Positions 39,018 through 49,145 of a DNA stretch of 64,000 nucleotides are shown one piece after another. Below the pieces are notes generated by a model. That model was given only the letters and a program-made list of their open reading frames with translations, made no database searches and was not told the origin of the DNA. Position 1 is the stretch's first letter. Every line of letters begins with the position of its first letter. The position numbers and the translations under genes were made by a program. This DNA is from an uncultured delta proteobacterium (lineage in GTDB: Bacteria > Desulfobacterota > Binatia > UBA9968), in assembly GCA_963745035.1 (NCBI GenBank), contig CAVUVW010000014.1, positions 224,001-288,000 of the forward strand, given 5' to 3'.

Positions 39018-39528
39018 TTACAGGAAGATGCTGATATTCTTCGCGCTCAACACCGCCTGGTCCAGGATGATCGTCCGCCGGGCGATCTTGAAGGCGTCTT
39101 CGACGCGGCGCAGCACGTCGCGGCGCGCGCCGACGAACATGTCCTGGTCGGCTTCCATGCGCGTGCGGTAAACGAGAAAATTCGAATGCGCTTCGATGTT
39201 GCGGCCGTCGTCTCTTTTGACGCGGACGTTGGTGATCAAATGGCGGGTGCGCGACGGCGGCATCTCGGCCCAGGCATTTTTCGCGTACACCCGCTCTACG
39301 CGGATGCGCAGGCTCTCTTTATCGTCGTCGAAGTAATAGCCTTCGCCGGGTTGGGCGAGCTCGTCGGACAAATTTTCCGGCCGTTCGAAGCGGGTTGTGC
39401 CGGATCGGCATCCAGTAGCGGACATCGTCGGTGAGCAATTCGAACCATTCGCGGAGTTTTCGCTCGTCCAATAATTCCGCTTCGCGATAATAAAAATCTT
39501 CGATGGCGCGGCGCAGCTCGTCAGCCAT
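39018..39528 (-). CDS. Aromatic ring-hydroxylating dioxygenase beta subunit (frameshift near 39391)
   Basis: FYYREAELLDER...W...DDVRYWMP then WAEMPPSRTRHLITNV...LDQAVL.AKNISIFL. Confidence 0.9.
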
Positions 39529-40804
39529 TTTGCGCGTCCATGATCTCGCTCCAACGGTCCGCTTGCAGCACCCTTGCCCAGTGCATGTAGAAGCTCAGCT
39601 GATTGTTGTCGCTGAAGCGGCTCCTGATTTTTCCCGGAAGCTCGAGCTCGAGGGGCGGCTCGTTGCCGCTCATCCGGTAATTGGCGGGATAGCGTCGCCC
39701 GATCGAACTTTTCGCCGCGCCCGTCACTTGAATCCAATTGTCCATGTCGTCCTGCTCGAAAACGCCGCTTGGGCTGAAGCGGTATTGCGAAACGAAGCGC
39801 ATGGCGTCCTTGATCTCGGGAGAGGCAGCGTGGTCGACGATCGCCCAGCTCCAGATCTCCATCTTGTCCGGACCGCGCGGCTGCCAAACGCGAATCGTGC
39901 GCGTGAGCCAATGCACCGACAAGTTGGGAAACACGGTTCCGGCGGAAGGCGAGATCTGCCGCGCGCGCACGGCGCCAAGCCGGCGCTCGATTTCCTCAGC
40001 GTGCTCTTTCATGTAGACGACCAGGCGATCATCGGGCTGCGCGAACCACGGACCGCTATCGGGCGGCGTGAGCCACGAGACCAGGATATGGCCGTTGGCG
40101 CAGGCGATCTGGCAGCCTTTGTTCCATTGTCTCGTCTGGCTGGTTGTCGTATCGACGCCGAGCTCGCGCGCCGAGCCGTGGGTGGAAGTGATGTGATAGC
40201 CGTCGCCGCCGAAGTTTTCCGCCGCGGTTTTCCAGTTGGCGTCGAGCACCCAGCGGTGCGGTCCGCTCACTTCGGTGCCGCCCGTGCGGCGGTCGAGAAG
40301 AATGTCGAGATACCAGGCCATGTCGCCCAGGTAGTCGAGCAATCTCGGTGCGTCGGCATCAAAAGTTGCAAAGACCAAGCCTTTGTAGCTGTCGAGCTGC
40401 GCAGCCGGAATCAGTCCCCAGTTTTCCCGCTCAAGGCCCGGGAAGGCGTCGATCATCGGCACCAGCGCGAGCTTGCCGTCGGTGGTGTACGACCAGCCGT
40501 GGTAAGAACAGGTAAAAAGCTTGGTATTGCCGCGGTCGGCGCGACAGACGCGGTTGCCGCGATGGCGGCACATATTGAGCAGCGCGTGCAGCTTGCCGGC
40601 CATATCGCGGCACAAAATGACGGGCTCCTCGCCCATGTAGCGGGTGACGAAGTCGCCGGGATTGGGAATCTCGCACTCATGACCGAGGTAAAGCCAGCAG
40701 CGGGAAAAGAGCCGCTCGCGCTCGAGCTCGTATACCTCGCGGTCGGCAAAAATGCGGCGGTCGATGAGACCGGCTTCGGGATCGACGAGAGACTTGATGT
40801 TCAT
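39521..40804 (-). CDS. Rieske aromatic ring-hydroxylating dioxygenase alpha subunit (HcaE/BphA-like)
   Basis: CRHRG...CSYHGW Rieske motif; NWK.AAENF.GDGYH...TH; EQDD.DNW. Confidence 0.95.
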   Translation of the reverse strand: MNIKSLVDPEAGLIDRRIFADREVYELERERLFSRCWLYLGHECEIPNPGDFVTRYMGEEPVILCRDMAGKLHALLNMCRHRGNRVCRADRGNTKLFTCSYHGWSYTTDGKLALVPMIDAFPGLERENWGLIPAAQLDSYKGLVFATFDADAPRLLDYLGDMAWYLDILLDRRTGGTEVSGPHRWVLDANWKTAAENFGGDGYHITSTHGSARELGVDTTTSQTRQWNKGCQIACANGHILVSWLTPPDSGPWFAQPDDRLVVYMKEHAEEIERRLGAVRARQISPSAGTVFPNLSVHWLTRTIRVWQPRGPDKMEIWSWAIVDHAASPEIKDAMRFVSQYRFSPSGVFEQDDMDNWIQVTGAAKSSIGRRYPANYRMSGNEPPLELELPGKIRSRFSDNNQLSFYMHWARVLQADRWSEIMDAQNG

Positions 40805-41143
40805 TGCGTCACACCCCTGTGCTCGATTGTCGCAATATACCGTCTTGTTGCGTCAAGCAAGCGCGACATTCGCTGGGGTCTAAGTATATCAAACTGTGAG
40901 ACGTACTCTATTTTCTTATCTTGCTTTCACGAAGAGCATCGGTTCGAGCGACGCCCGCTCTCGCCGCCAGAAATTCTCTCGCGCTGCGTTGTGGGTTCTC
41001 GCTCCCGCAGCGAGTGCTTGAGACCGGTCCGAATCAGGTGTAATAGTCCAAGACGATGTCTTGAAAGCGCGACAATCTTCGCAGCGCCGCTATCAGGATA
41101 ATTCCAAATCCATTCACGAATCACGAACGGAGGGTTACCGAGT

Positions 41144-41638
41144 ATGACTGCCGAGGCCGAGTACGCCGCGGTGCCGATCAACGTTATTGTCAACGGGATC
41201 CGGTGCGACGCCGCCGTCGAACCGCGCACACTGCTGGTTTATTTTCTGCGCGAGCAGCTTGGGCTCACCGGGACCCACGTCGGCTGCGACACGAGCCAAT
41301 GCGGCGCCTGCACCGTGCATTTGAACGGGCGCGCGGTGAAATCCTGCACGGTTCTGGCCGTTCAGGCCAACGGCGCCGAAGTGAAAACCATCGAAGGGCT
41401 GGCAAGCGGCGACAATTTTCATCCCGTGCAGGAAGGTTTTCGTGAAAAGCACGGCCTGCAATGCGGCTACTGCACGCCGGGGATGATCATGACGGCGGTG
41501 CATCTGCTGGAGACCAATCCCGATCCGAGCGAGGACGAGATCAAGCACGCCCTCGAAGGCAATCTCTGCCGCTGCACCGGTTACGTCAACATCGTCGAAT
41601 CGATCAAATGGGCCGCGGACAGAATGAGAAAAGGATAA
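41144..41638 (+). CDS. Molybdenum hydroxylase small [2Fe-2S] subunit (CoxS-like)
   Basis: [28 protein letters not shown]. Confidence 0.95.
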   Translation: MTAEAEYAAVPINVIVNGIRCDAAVEPRTLLVYFLREQLGLTGTHVGCDTSQCGACTVHLNGRAVKSCTVLAVQANGAEVKTIEGLASGDNFHPVQEGFREKHGLQCGYCTPGMIMTAVHLLETNPDPSEDEIKHALEGNLCRCTGYVNIVESIKWAADRMRKG

Positions 41639-41676
41639 CTTATGGTCGTAAGATTGGCTCTTACTAATCGTCCGAA

Positions 41677-41706
41677 CTCACGCCTCAGGCCTCGAGCCTC
41701 GCGCCT
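41677..41706. repeat. Heptamer tandem repeat (CCTCNNG x4)
   Basis: ctcacgc ctcaggc ctcgagc ctcgcgc ct between small and medium subunit genes. Confidence 0.6.
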
Positions 41707-41729
41707 TTCTCTCGCTACCGGAGACAAAA

Positions 41730-42602
41730 ATGTTTCCCGCTAGCTTCGGCTACGTCGCGGCGCGCTCCGTCGAAGAAGCGCTGGAGCTGATGGCCAAGCA
41801 CGGCGAGGAGGGAAAACTGCTTGCCGGCGGCCATAGTTTGCTTCCGGCGATGAAGCTGCGCCTGCAAGCGCCGCGCATGTTGATCGATCTCGGCGCCGTG
41901 GCGGGGCTGCGCGGGGTGCGGCAGGACGGCGCCGAGCTGGTGATCGGCGCGCTCACGGTTCACGCCGACGTGGCCGTCTCCGAGCTGGTGCGCAAGCATC
42001 TGCCCGGCCTCGCCGAGGCCGCTGCGGTGATCGGCGACATGCAGGTCCGCAACCGCGGCACCATCGGCGGCAGCGTGGCGCACGCCGATCCGGCGGCCGA
42101 CTTGCCGGTGATCCTGACCGCGCTCAACGCCTCGTTCACGGTCCAATCGGTGGGCGGCAGCCGGACGATTGCAGTCGACGATTTTTTTACGGATTTTTTC
42201 ACCACGGCAATGAATGCCGACGAGATTCTTACCGAGATCCACGTGCCGGTACCGCCCTCGGGCAGCGGCACAGCCTACGCGAAACTGCCGCATCCCGCTT
42301 CGGGCTACGTGGTCGTGAGCGCCGGTGCATGCATCACGCGTCAGGCCTCCGGCACTTGCGGCTCTGCGCGGGTGGCCATCGGCGGTCTGGGCAGCGGTCC
42401 GGTGCGCGCCATCGCGACGGAATTGGAGCTGCAAGGAAAACCGTTGACGCCGCAAGTGATCGCCGCGGCCACGGCAAAAGCGGCGGATGAGACCGATCCG
42501 GTGGAAGATTCTTACGCCGGTGCGGAATATAAAAAGCACGTCGCCGCCGTGTACGCGCGCAAAGCGATCGAGGCGGCGGTAGAAAGAACCGCGGCAAACT
42601 AA
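41730..42602 (+). CDS. Molybdenum hydroxylase FAD subunit (CoxM-like)
   Basis: AGGHSLLPAMKLR, QVRNRGTIGGS.AHADP. Confidence 0.95.
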   Translation: MFPASFGYVAARSVEEALELMAKHGEEGKLLAGGHSLLPAMKLRLQAPRMLIDLGAVAGLRGVRQDGAELVIGALTVHADVAVSELVRKHLPGLAEAAAVIGDMQVRNRGTIGGSVAHADPAADLPVILTALNASFTVQSVGGSRTIAVDDFFTDFFTTAMNADEILTEIHVPVPPSGSGTAYAKLPHPASGYVVVSAGACITRQASGTCGSARVAIGGLGSGPVRAIATELELQGKPLTPQVIAAATAKAADETDPVEDSYAGAEYKKHVAAVYARKAIEAAVERTAAN

Positions 42603-42652
42603 AAAGTTTCTGATTCCCTCTCGCGGAGCGAGAGGAAGTAAGAGAGACAACT

Positions 42653-44968
42653 ATGACAACCGACCATACTCACGACGGGCTCATCGGCGCTTCGCCGAAG
42701 AGAGTGGAGGACCCGCCGCTGATCACCGGCAGAGGATGCTACGTGGACGACATCCAGTTTCCCGGCATGCTCCACCTGGCGTTTCAGCGCAGCCCCTACC
42801 CGCACGCGAAGATTCTTTCCATCGATGTCAGCAAAGCCAAGGCGATGGCCGGCGTCGAAGCGATCATCACCGGCAACGATCTCAGCGAAAAGCTCAATCT
42901 GGCGCCGTCGCAGGTGCTGCCCAACATGAAAATTCCGCCGCATCCGGTGCTCGCGCGCGGAGCGGTGCACTGCGCCGGGGTGCCGGTGGCAGCAGTGGTG
43001 GCGCGCACTCGGGCGCAGGCGCACGACGCGGCCAATGCCATCGAGGTCGAGTACGAGGCGCTGCCCGGAGTTTCCAACGCCGAGGACGCGCTCAAAGCGG
43101 GCGCGCCGCTGGTGCGCGAAGAGCTCGACAGCAACGTCTGCTACACCATGACCAAGAACGGCGGCGACGTCGACAAAGCCTTCGCCCAGGCCGATCATGT
43201 GTTCACCATGCACATCGCCAGTCCGCGCCAGGTCGCGCTTGCCATGGAGCCGCGCGGCATCGCCGCCAAACCCGATCCATTCGGCAACGGCCTTACCGTT
43301 TGGCTCTCCACCCAGGGGCCGCATCGGGCGCGCGCCGAGATCGCCAACACTCTGGGTTTTCCCGAGCACAAAATTCATTTGATCGCGCCGGATGTCGGCG
43401 GCGGCTTCGGCAGCAAGGGCCCGGTGTATCGCGAAGACATCGTCGCCTGCTATCTCGCGCTCAAGCTGCGCAAGCCGGTCAAATGGGTGGCAACGCGCAG
43501 CGAAGATTTCATCACGACGATTCAGGGGCGCGATCAGGCGATGACTTCCGAGATGGCGCTCAGAAAAGACGGCAAGATTCTCGGCCTGAAGGTCAAAGTC
43601 GTCGCCAATCTGGGCGCATATCTTCACGCCAGTACGGCGGGCCCGCCGCAGCGCATGCTCGGCATGGCCTGCGGCAGCTATCAAATCCAGGACTGCCGGG
43701 TCGAGATCGTCGCCGTTTTCACCAACACCTGTCCCACCGGTCCCTATCGCGGCGCCGGCCGGCCCGAGTCGGTGCTCAACATCGAGCGTCTGCTCGACAA
43801 GGCGGCGGCGGTTTTGGGTATGGACCGGCTGGAAATCCGCCGCAAGAATTTCATTCAGCCCGAGCAGTTTCCCTACACCACCGGGACCGGCGTCGAGTAC
43901 GATTCCGGCGATTTCGAAAAACCGCTGCGCGAAGCGCTCAAGATGTCCAACTATGAGGAGCTTTTGCGCCAGCGCGACGAACGGCGCAAACGCGGCGAGC
44001 TGGTCGGGGTCGGCTTTTCGACCTTTGTCGAGCCGAGCGGCGGCGCCGGTTTCGAAAGCGGCGCGGTGCGGGTGGAGCGCACCGGCGAAATCACCGTGCT
44101 CACCGGCTCGAGCTCGCACGGGCAGGGACACGAAACCTCATGGGCGCAGATCGCCGCCGAGTTGATGAAAACGTCTTTGGAGCATGTGACGGTTTTGCAC
44201 GGCGACACTCACGTGAGCCAGCAAGGCACCGGCACCTTCGGCAGCCGGAGCGCGGTGGTCGGCGGCGGCGCTCTGGCGATCGCGGCCGAGCGCGTGATCG
44301 AAAAAGCCAAACGCATCGCGGCGCATCTCGTCGAAGCCGCGCCGGAAGACATCGTTCAAACCGACGGCGGCTTCGCGGTGAAAGGCGTTCCGGAGAAAAA
44401 AATAAGCTGGCGCCAAATTGCCGGGGCCGCCTACAGCGGTCGACTGCCGAAGGGCATGGAGATCGGCCTGCAAGAGACCGCTTTTTTCGACCCCAAGCGC
44501 GAAGCCTGGGGCTTTGGCACCCACATCGCCCTGGTGAGCATCGACCGCGATACCGGCAAGCTGACGATCGAAAAATTGGTGCTGGTCGATGATTGCGGCG
44601 TCGTGATCAATCCGATGATCGTCGAAGGGCAGATCCACGGCGGCGTGGCCCAAGGGCTCGGCGAAGCGCAGCGCGAGCAGATGCTCTACGGCGAGGACGG
44701 GCAGGTGCAGACCGGCACTTTTATGAACTACGCGATCATGCGCGCCGCCGACATGCCGCCGATGATCTTGGGCGAGACCATCACGCCCAATCCCTTCAAT
44801 CCGCTCGGCGTCAAGGGCGTCGGCGAATGCGGCACCAACGGCGCGCCGCCGTCGGTGGCCAACGCGCTGATCGACGCGCTTGCGCCGCTCGGCATCGACC
44901 ATATCGACATGCCGTATACCGCGCCGAAGCTCTGGCAAGCCATTCGAACAGCCGAGGGAAAGAGTTAA
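42653..44968 (+). CDS. Xanthine dehydrogenase family molybdopterin subunit (form II CoxL-like)
   Basis: RVED..LITG.G.Y.DD, VGGGFGSK, PYRGAGRPE, HGQG.ET, GQIHGG.AQG, KGVGE. Confidence 0.93.
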   Translation: MTTDHTHDGLIGASPKRVEDPPLITGRGCYVDDIQFPGMLHLAFQRSPYPHAKILSIDVSKAKAMAGVEAIITGNDLSEKLNLAPSQVLPNMKIPPHPVLARGAVHCAGVPVAAVVARTRAQAHDAANAIEVEYEALPGVSNAEDALKAGAPLVREELDSNVCYTMTKNGGDVDKAFAQADHVFTMHIASPRQVALAMEPRGIAAKPDPFGNGLTVWLSTQGPHRARAEIANTLGFPEHKIHLIAPDVGGGFGSKGPVYREDIVACYLALKLRKPVKWVATRSEDFITTIQGRDQAMTSEMALRKDGKILGLKVKVVANLGAYLHASTAGPPQRMLGMACGSYQIQDCRVEIVAVFTNTCPTGPYRGAGRPESVLNIERLLDKAAAVLGMDRLEIRRKNFIQPEQFPYTTGTGVEYDSGDFEKPLREALKMSNYEELLRQRDERRKRGELVGVGFSTFVEPSGGAGFESGAVRVERTGEITVLTGSSSHGQGHETSWAQIAAELMKTSLEHVTVLHGDTHVSQQGTGTFGSRSAVVGGGALAIAAERVIEKAKRIAAHLVEAAPEDIVQTDGGFAVKGVPEKKISWRQIAGAAYSGRLPKGMEIGLQETAFFDPKREAWGFGTHIALVSIDRDTGKLTIEKLVLVDDCGVVINPMIVEGQIHGGVAQGLGEAQREQMLYGEDGQVQTGTFMNYAIMRAADMPPMILGETITPNPFNPLGVKGVGECGTNGAPPSVANALIDALAPLGIDHIDMPYTAPKLWQAIRTAEGKS

Positions 44969-45000
44969 ACAGGAACAGGTCAAAACAAAATTGCGGTCCC

Positions 45001-45044
45001 AAAGCGAAGGGCTGTGGAATCACTCCACAGCCCTTCGCTTTTTT
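45001..45044 (+). terminator. Intrinsic terminator
   Basis: aaagcgaagggctgtgga-atcac-tccacagcccttcgcttt stem followed by T run, 33 bp after the stop codon. Confidence 0.88.
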
Positions 45045-45479
45045 ACGGTCGTTGTGCGGGCTGTTTTTTCCCGGGGAGCCGACGCGAATCGTGACTCAAC
45101 TTGCTGTTTGCGAATTTTCTCCGTTGGAGGGGGTCCGCAAGCATTTTAGCTCGATCCTGTGTCATTTATTGACAAATATTGCCACTGAGTAGCACCGTGC
45201 GCTCGCAATACGCGGGAACGGACGCAGGGGAGGTCCCTGGCATCTTCGTTGCTTCCTGAAGCTCAAAAACACTGACGTCCATGAGTTCGCGGTCAGATCG
45301 AGGTGACAGCAACTCCTTATTTTGACCGAAAATCGTGAATCGTTCGGAAATGTGCTTCAACAGATTTGGCGCGAGTCCACTCGGATTCAACAAAAATGAT
45401 CTATCCCAGCCAGCGCCGAAACATCTGCGAGCTATTTCGAAGCGGTCCGATCGCGAACATGGCACCGAGGTAATTTGGA

Positions 45480-47312
45480 ATGAAAAAGACTAGGGAAGAT
45501 TTGAGCACGACAGAGACGGAACCCACAAAACTCGGCTGGTTTTTGAGCGATCCCGCCGACCATGCGCAAGCGAATGAAGCCTCGGAATTGGAAATCACCG
45601 AGCGCGCATGGGTTCAGGAGCAGTGCCAGGTCGCCGTGGAATCGGCCCCGAACGGCATCTTGATTATCGATCAGAACGGAAACATTCGTCTGGTCAATGC
45701 GCAAATCGAGCAATTGTTCGGTTTTACCCGAGCGGAGCTGATCGGCACTCCGGTGGATATCTTGTTGCCCGAGCGCTTTCGGGTTCAGCCCGGAGGCGAG
45801 CGGGAGAGTGTTCTCGTCGCCCAAAGCATGACCATAGGCGAGCCCAAAGAACTCTACGGCTTGCGCAAAGACGGGGGCGAGTTTCCCATCGAGATCAGCG
45901 AGAGCCCGATCCATACGCCGCGGGGAAAAGGTATCCTGGTGTCGATCGTCGACGTGACCGAGCGCAAGCGGGTCGAATCGGAGCTCAAACGCACGGCCTT
46001 TCACGACGCCTTGACCGGTCTTCCCAACCGAACGCTTTTCTTCGACAATCTTCTGCGTCTCAACGCGGCGGCGAAGCGGCACGGCCATCATCCGTTCGCC
46101 TTGCTGTTTTTGGATCTGGATCGGTTCAAGGTGATCAACGACAGCCTCGGTCACATGACCGGTGATAAGCTGCTGGTCGAGATGGCGCAACGATTGGTCG
46201 AGTGCACGCGCGAAGAAGATACCGTGGCGCGTCTCGGGGGTGACGAATTCGCCATCCTGCTCGAGCAAATACGCGGCCCCCAGGACGCGGTTCGCGTCGC
46301 CGAGCGGGTGCTCGAAAGATTTGCCGATCCGCTGGTGCTCGACGACATCGAGGTGTCGGTGGGAGCGAGCATCGGCATCGCTCTCAGCCTCACGGGCGAG
46401 GGGCAGCCGGAAAATCTGCTGCGCGATGCCGATATGGCGATGTATCAGGCCAAGACCAAACACTCGGGCTATCAGATCTTCGACGCGCGCATGCACGCCC
46501 GCGCCCTCGAGCGAATGAAGCTCGAAATCGACATGCGGCGCGCTATCGAGCGAAGCCAGATTCATCTGCATTACCAACCGATTGTTTCGCTCGATACCGG
46601 CAAGCTTGCCGGCTTTGAGGCGTTGGCGCGCTGGCAGCACAATGGGCGGGGCGCTATTTCACCGGCGAAGTTCATGCCGCTGGCGGAAGAATCCGGCTTG
46701 GTGGGCCGGCTGAGCCGCGCGGTTTTGCAGCAGGCGTGCAGTCAAATGCGCCAATGGCGTGACGGCTACCCGCTCGACGAGGAGTGCTTTATCGGCGTGA
46801 ACGTTTCGAGCAAGCTGCTGACTCACGGCAACTTGATCGAAGAGGTCGATGCGGTGCTGCACGAGACCGGATTGGACCCGCGCCACCTGCGCCTTGAAAT
46901 CACCGAGAGCGCGATCGCCGAAAATGCCCGCGCGGCGGCCCATACCCTGGCGCAATTCCGGAAGCGCAAGATCAAGATTTGTCTCGATGATTTCGGCAAA
47001 GGTTTTTCTTCGCTCAATTATCTGCACCGCTTCCCCATCGACGTGCTGAAAATCGACCGCTCCTTTGTCCGCAGGCTGCGCGCCGACATGGGTAACGACA
47101 GCGGCAAAAAACGGCTCGAGATCGTCCGCACGATCGTCGCCATGGCGCAAATCCTCGGCATGCAAGTCGTCGCCGAAGGCGTGGAAGTGACCGACCAGTT
47201 GAGCATTCTGCGGGAACTGGGTTGCGAGTTCGGCCAGGGCTACTTGTTCTCTCCGGCGCTGGATGCGCCCGACGCGGTGCGCTTTTTCAACGCGCCGGCA
47301 TTGCTGTCCTAA
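45480..47312 (+). CDS. PAS-GGDEF-EAL diguanylate cyclase/phosphodiesterase
   Basis: PAS (G.I.LVN...E.LFG, RKDG.EFP), DALTGLPNR, RLGGDEF, EALARW, DDFGKGFSSL, KIDRSF, AEGVE. Confidence 0.95.
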   Translation: MKKTREDLSTTETEPTKLGWFLSDPADHAQANEASELEITERAWVQEQCQVAVESAPNGILIIDQNGNIRLVNAQIEQLFGFTRAELIGTPVDILLPERFRVQPGGERESVLVAQSMTIGEPKELYGLRKDGGEFPIEISESPIHTPRGKGILVSIVDVTERKRVESELKRTAFHDALTGLPNRTLFFDNLLRLNAAAKRHGHHPFALLFLDLDRFKVINDSLGHMTGDKLLVEMAQRLVECTREEDTVARLGGDEFAILLEQIRGPQDAVRVAERVLERFADPLVLDDIEVSVGASIGIALSLTGEGQPENLLRDADMAMYQAKTKHSGYQIFDARMHARALERMKLEIDMRRAIERSQIHLHYQPIVSLDTGKLAGFEALARWQHNGRGAISPAKFMPLAEESGLVGRLSRAVLQQACSQMRQWRDGYPLDEECFIGVNVSSKLLTHGNLIEEVDAVLHETGLDPRHLRLEITESAIAENARAAAHTLAQFRKRKIKICLDDFGKGFSSLNYLHRFPIDVLKIDRSFVRRLRADMGNDSGKKRLEIVRTIVAMAQILGMQVVAEGVEVTDQLSILRELGCEFGQGYLFSPALDAPDAVRFFNAPALLS

Positions 47313-47404
47313 ATACTCTCGCGGACGGGGCGCCGCGCTCTCGCGCAATCGGCGCCGACAAAGCCGTCGCCCATCCCGGCGCGTCACAAAACAGACACTA
47401 GCGG

Positions 47405-49096
47405 TCATTCCGGATAATCTTGTGCTGCCGCCCCGGCGGAGATGTAGCCGCGGCGCAAATCGCGTTCGACGAGGCTTTTGGGCCGTTCCCACGGCGGACC
47501 GTAGCCGCCGCCACCGCCGGTCTCGACGATGATCTGGTCGCCGGGCGCGAGCGGGTACGCCTTGCTCTTGTAAATCACTTCGGTTTCACCCGATTTTTTT
47601 ACTACCGTAATCTGTCCCGATTTGCCTTCCTTGCCGCCGTGCACGCCCCAGGGCGGATACTTCACTCGATCGAACATCGCCTGAAGATCGCAGGCGCCGA
47701 GCATCAGATAGCGCTTGCGAAAACCGAGGCCGCCGCGAAATTTTCCCGCCCCGGCGGAGTCTTCGCGCAGGCTGAACTCGACGAGGCGATACGGATACAT
47801 CGATTCCTGCAGCTCCACCGGAATGATGCGCGTGTCGCCGTGCGCCATGGTGCGAAACGGTCCGGCGCCGTCATGGGTCGCGCAAGCGCCCCAACCGCCG
47901 TGGCCGCTGTCGTGGCAATCGAACGGCGCGCCGTTGGCGCGCTTGCCGCGAAAGCGCACGCCCGAGAAGGTTCCAAAGTGCGCCCCGGTGACGCGCTCCG
48001 GCAATGCTTTCTCCAACGCTTTGATGATCGCATCGATCACCGTGGGGAACGGCTGGGAATAGTTGCCCATCGGCGCGGTCGGATGGGCGCTCAGGATTTT
48101 ACCTTCCGGCAGAATCATCTTCAGCGGCCGAAAAGTTCCCTCGTTGGCCGGCTCGTCGTGGGCGACCAAATATTTAAACGCCACACGCGCCGTGGTGCGC
48201 CCGCCGCCGTAGTACCCGGAGTTGATGCAGCCGCGCACCTGATCGGCGATGCCGGAATAGTCGATGGTCATCTCATCGCCGGCGACCACGACTCTAACGT
48301 TGATCGGCAGGGGATCATCCGATTCGCCGTCGTTGTCGAAGAAGGTATCGTAACGGTACTCGCCGTCGGGAATTGCCCGGATCTTGGCGCGCGCCGCCGC
48401 CTCGCTCTGGTCGAGCATGGTTCGTATTGCGGCGAAGAACGTCGCGATGCCGTATTTGTCGGCCAAAGCCTGCGTGAGATCGCGGCCGAGGAAACAACCG
48501 GCATGCTGCGCCGCGATGTCGCCGAGCAGCTCGACCGGAAAGCGCGTGTTGTTCTCGATGATGCGATAGACTTCCTGAATCGGCTCGCCGTTGGACCAGA
48601 GCTTGATCGAGCGCAGCTGCAAGCCTTCCATGAAAATATCGCTGGAGCGCGGCGTGATGCCGCCGATGTCGATCCAATGCACGTTGATGGCGAAAAAGCC
48701 GATCAGCGTGTCTGAACCAGCTCCGGCGTAGATCGGCGTGTACATCACCGTGTTGTTCAAATGCTGGCCCTGGATCGCCGCGTGATTGCACACCACCACG
48801 TCGCCGCGGCGCAAGCGCTCGCGTCCATAGACGGCCAAGCCGTCGCGCACCGCCATGCCGACCGAGTCGGCGACGAACACCGGCATACCGCCGGTGCACT
48901 GCGCGATCAGCTCGCCCTCCGCGCTCACTAGCCCGACGGCAAAGTCTTTGTACTCGTAAATGTATGGACTGAACGCCGTGCGCGAGATATTGGCGTCGAT
49001 CTGATCGGTGATCGACACGATGCCGTGGCGGATGACCTCGATGGTGATGGGGTCGATGAAATTATTGGAAGTGTATTCGCTGGACTTCAAAGTCAT
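47405..49096 (-). CDS. Hydantoinase B / oxoprolinase family protein (intact copy)
   Basis: DPIT.EVI, RTAFSPYIYEYKD, QHLNN, SAGAGKFRGG, ETGGGGGYG. Confidence 0.92.
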   Translation of the reverse strand: MTLKSSEYTSNNFIDPITIEVIRHGIVSITDQIDANISRTAFSPYIYEYKDFAVGLVSAEGELIAQCTGGMPVFVADSVGMAVRDGLAVYGRERLRRGDVVVCNHAAIQGQHLNNTVMYTPIYAGAGSDTLIGFFAINVHWIDIGGITPRSSDIFMEGLQLRSIKLWSNGEPIQEVYRIIENNTRFPVELLGDIAAQHAGCFLGRDLTQALADKYGIATFFAAIRTMLDQSEAAARAKIRAIPDGEYRYDTFFDNDGESDDPLPINVRVVVAGDEMTIDYSGIADQVRGCINSGYYGGGRTTARVAFKYLVAHDEPANEGTFRPLKMILPEGKILSAHPTAPMGNYSQPFPTVIDAIIKALEKALPERVTGAHFGTFSGVRFRGKRANGAPFDCHDSGHGGWGACATHDGAGPFRTMAHGDTRIIPVELQESMYPYRLVEFSLREDSAGAGKFRGGLGFRKRYLMLGACDLQAMFDRVKYPPWGVHGGKEGKSGQITVVKKSGETEVIYKSKAYPLAPGDQIIVETGGGGGYGPPWERPKSLVERDLRRGYISAGAAAQDYPE

Positions 49097-49145
49097 ATTC
49101 GAGTTGTGATCTGCTTTCGTAGGTCAGAGTCAAATCGGCGCTCCA

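Noticed and set aside
39503-41101. Long antisense ORFs (also 1420..2583, 14507..16042, 42599..44131, 47420..48715)
   Set aside because: Shadow frames of well-supported genes in high-GC DNA, with no recognisable motifs
41144-44968. Aerobic CO dehydrogenase (form I)
   Set aside because: Active-site loop is PYRGAGR, not AYxCSFR, and no coxDEFG genes are adjacent
45050-45479. c-di-GMP riboswitch or ncRNA in the long leader of the GGDEF-EAL gene
   Set aside because: No GEMM-type GGCAAA/GAAA/CGCAAAG pattern visible; an Infernal scan would be needed to exclude other RNAs
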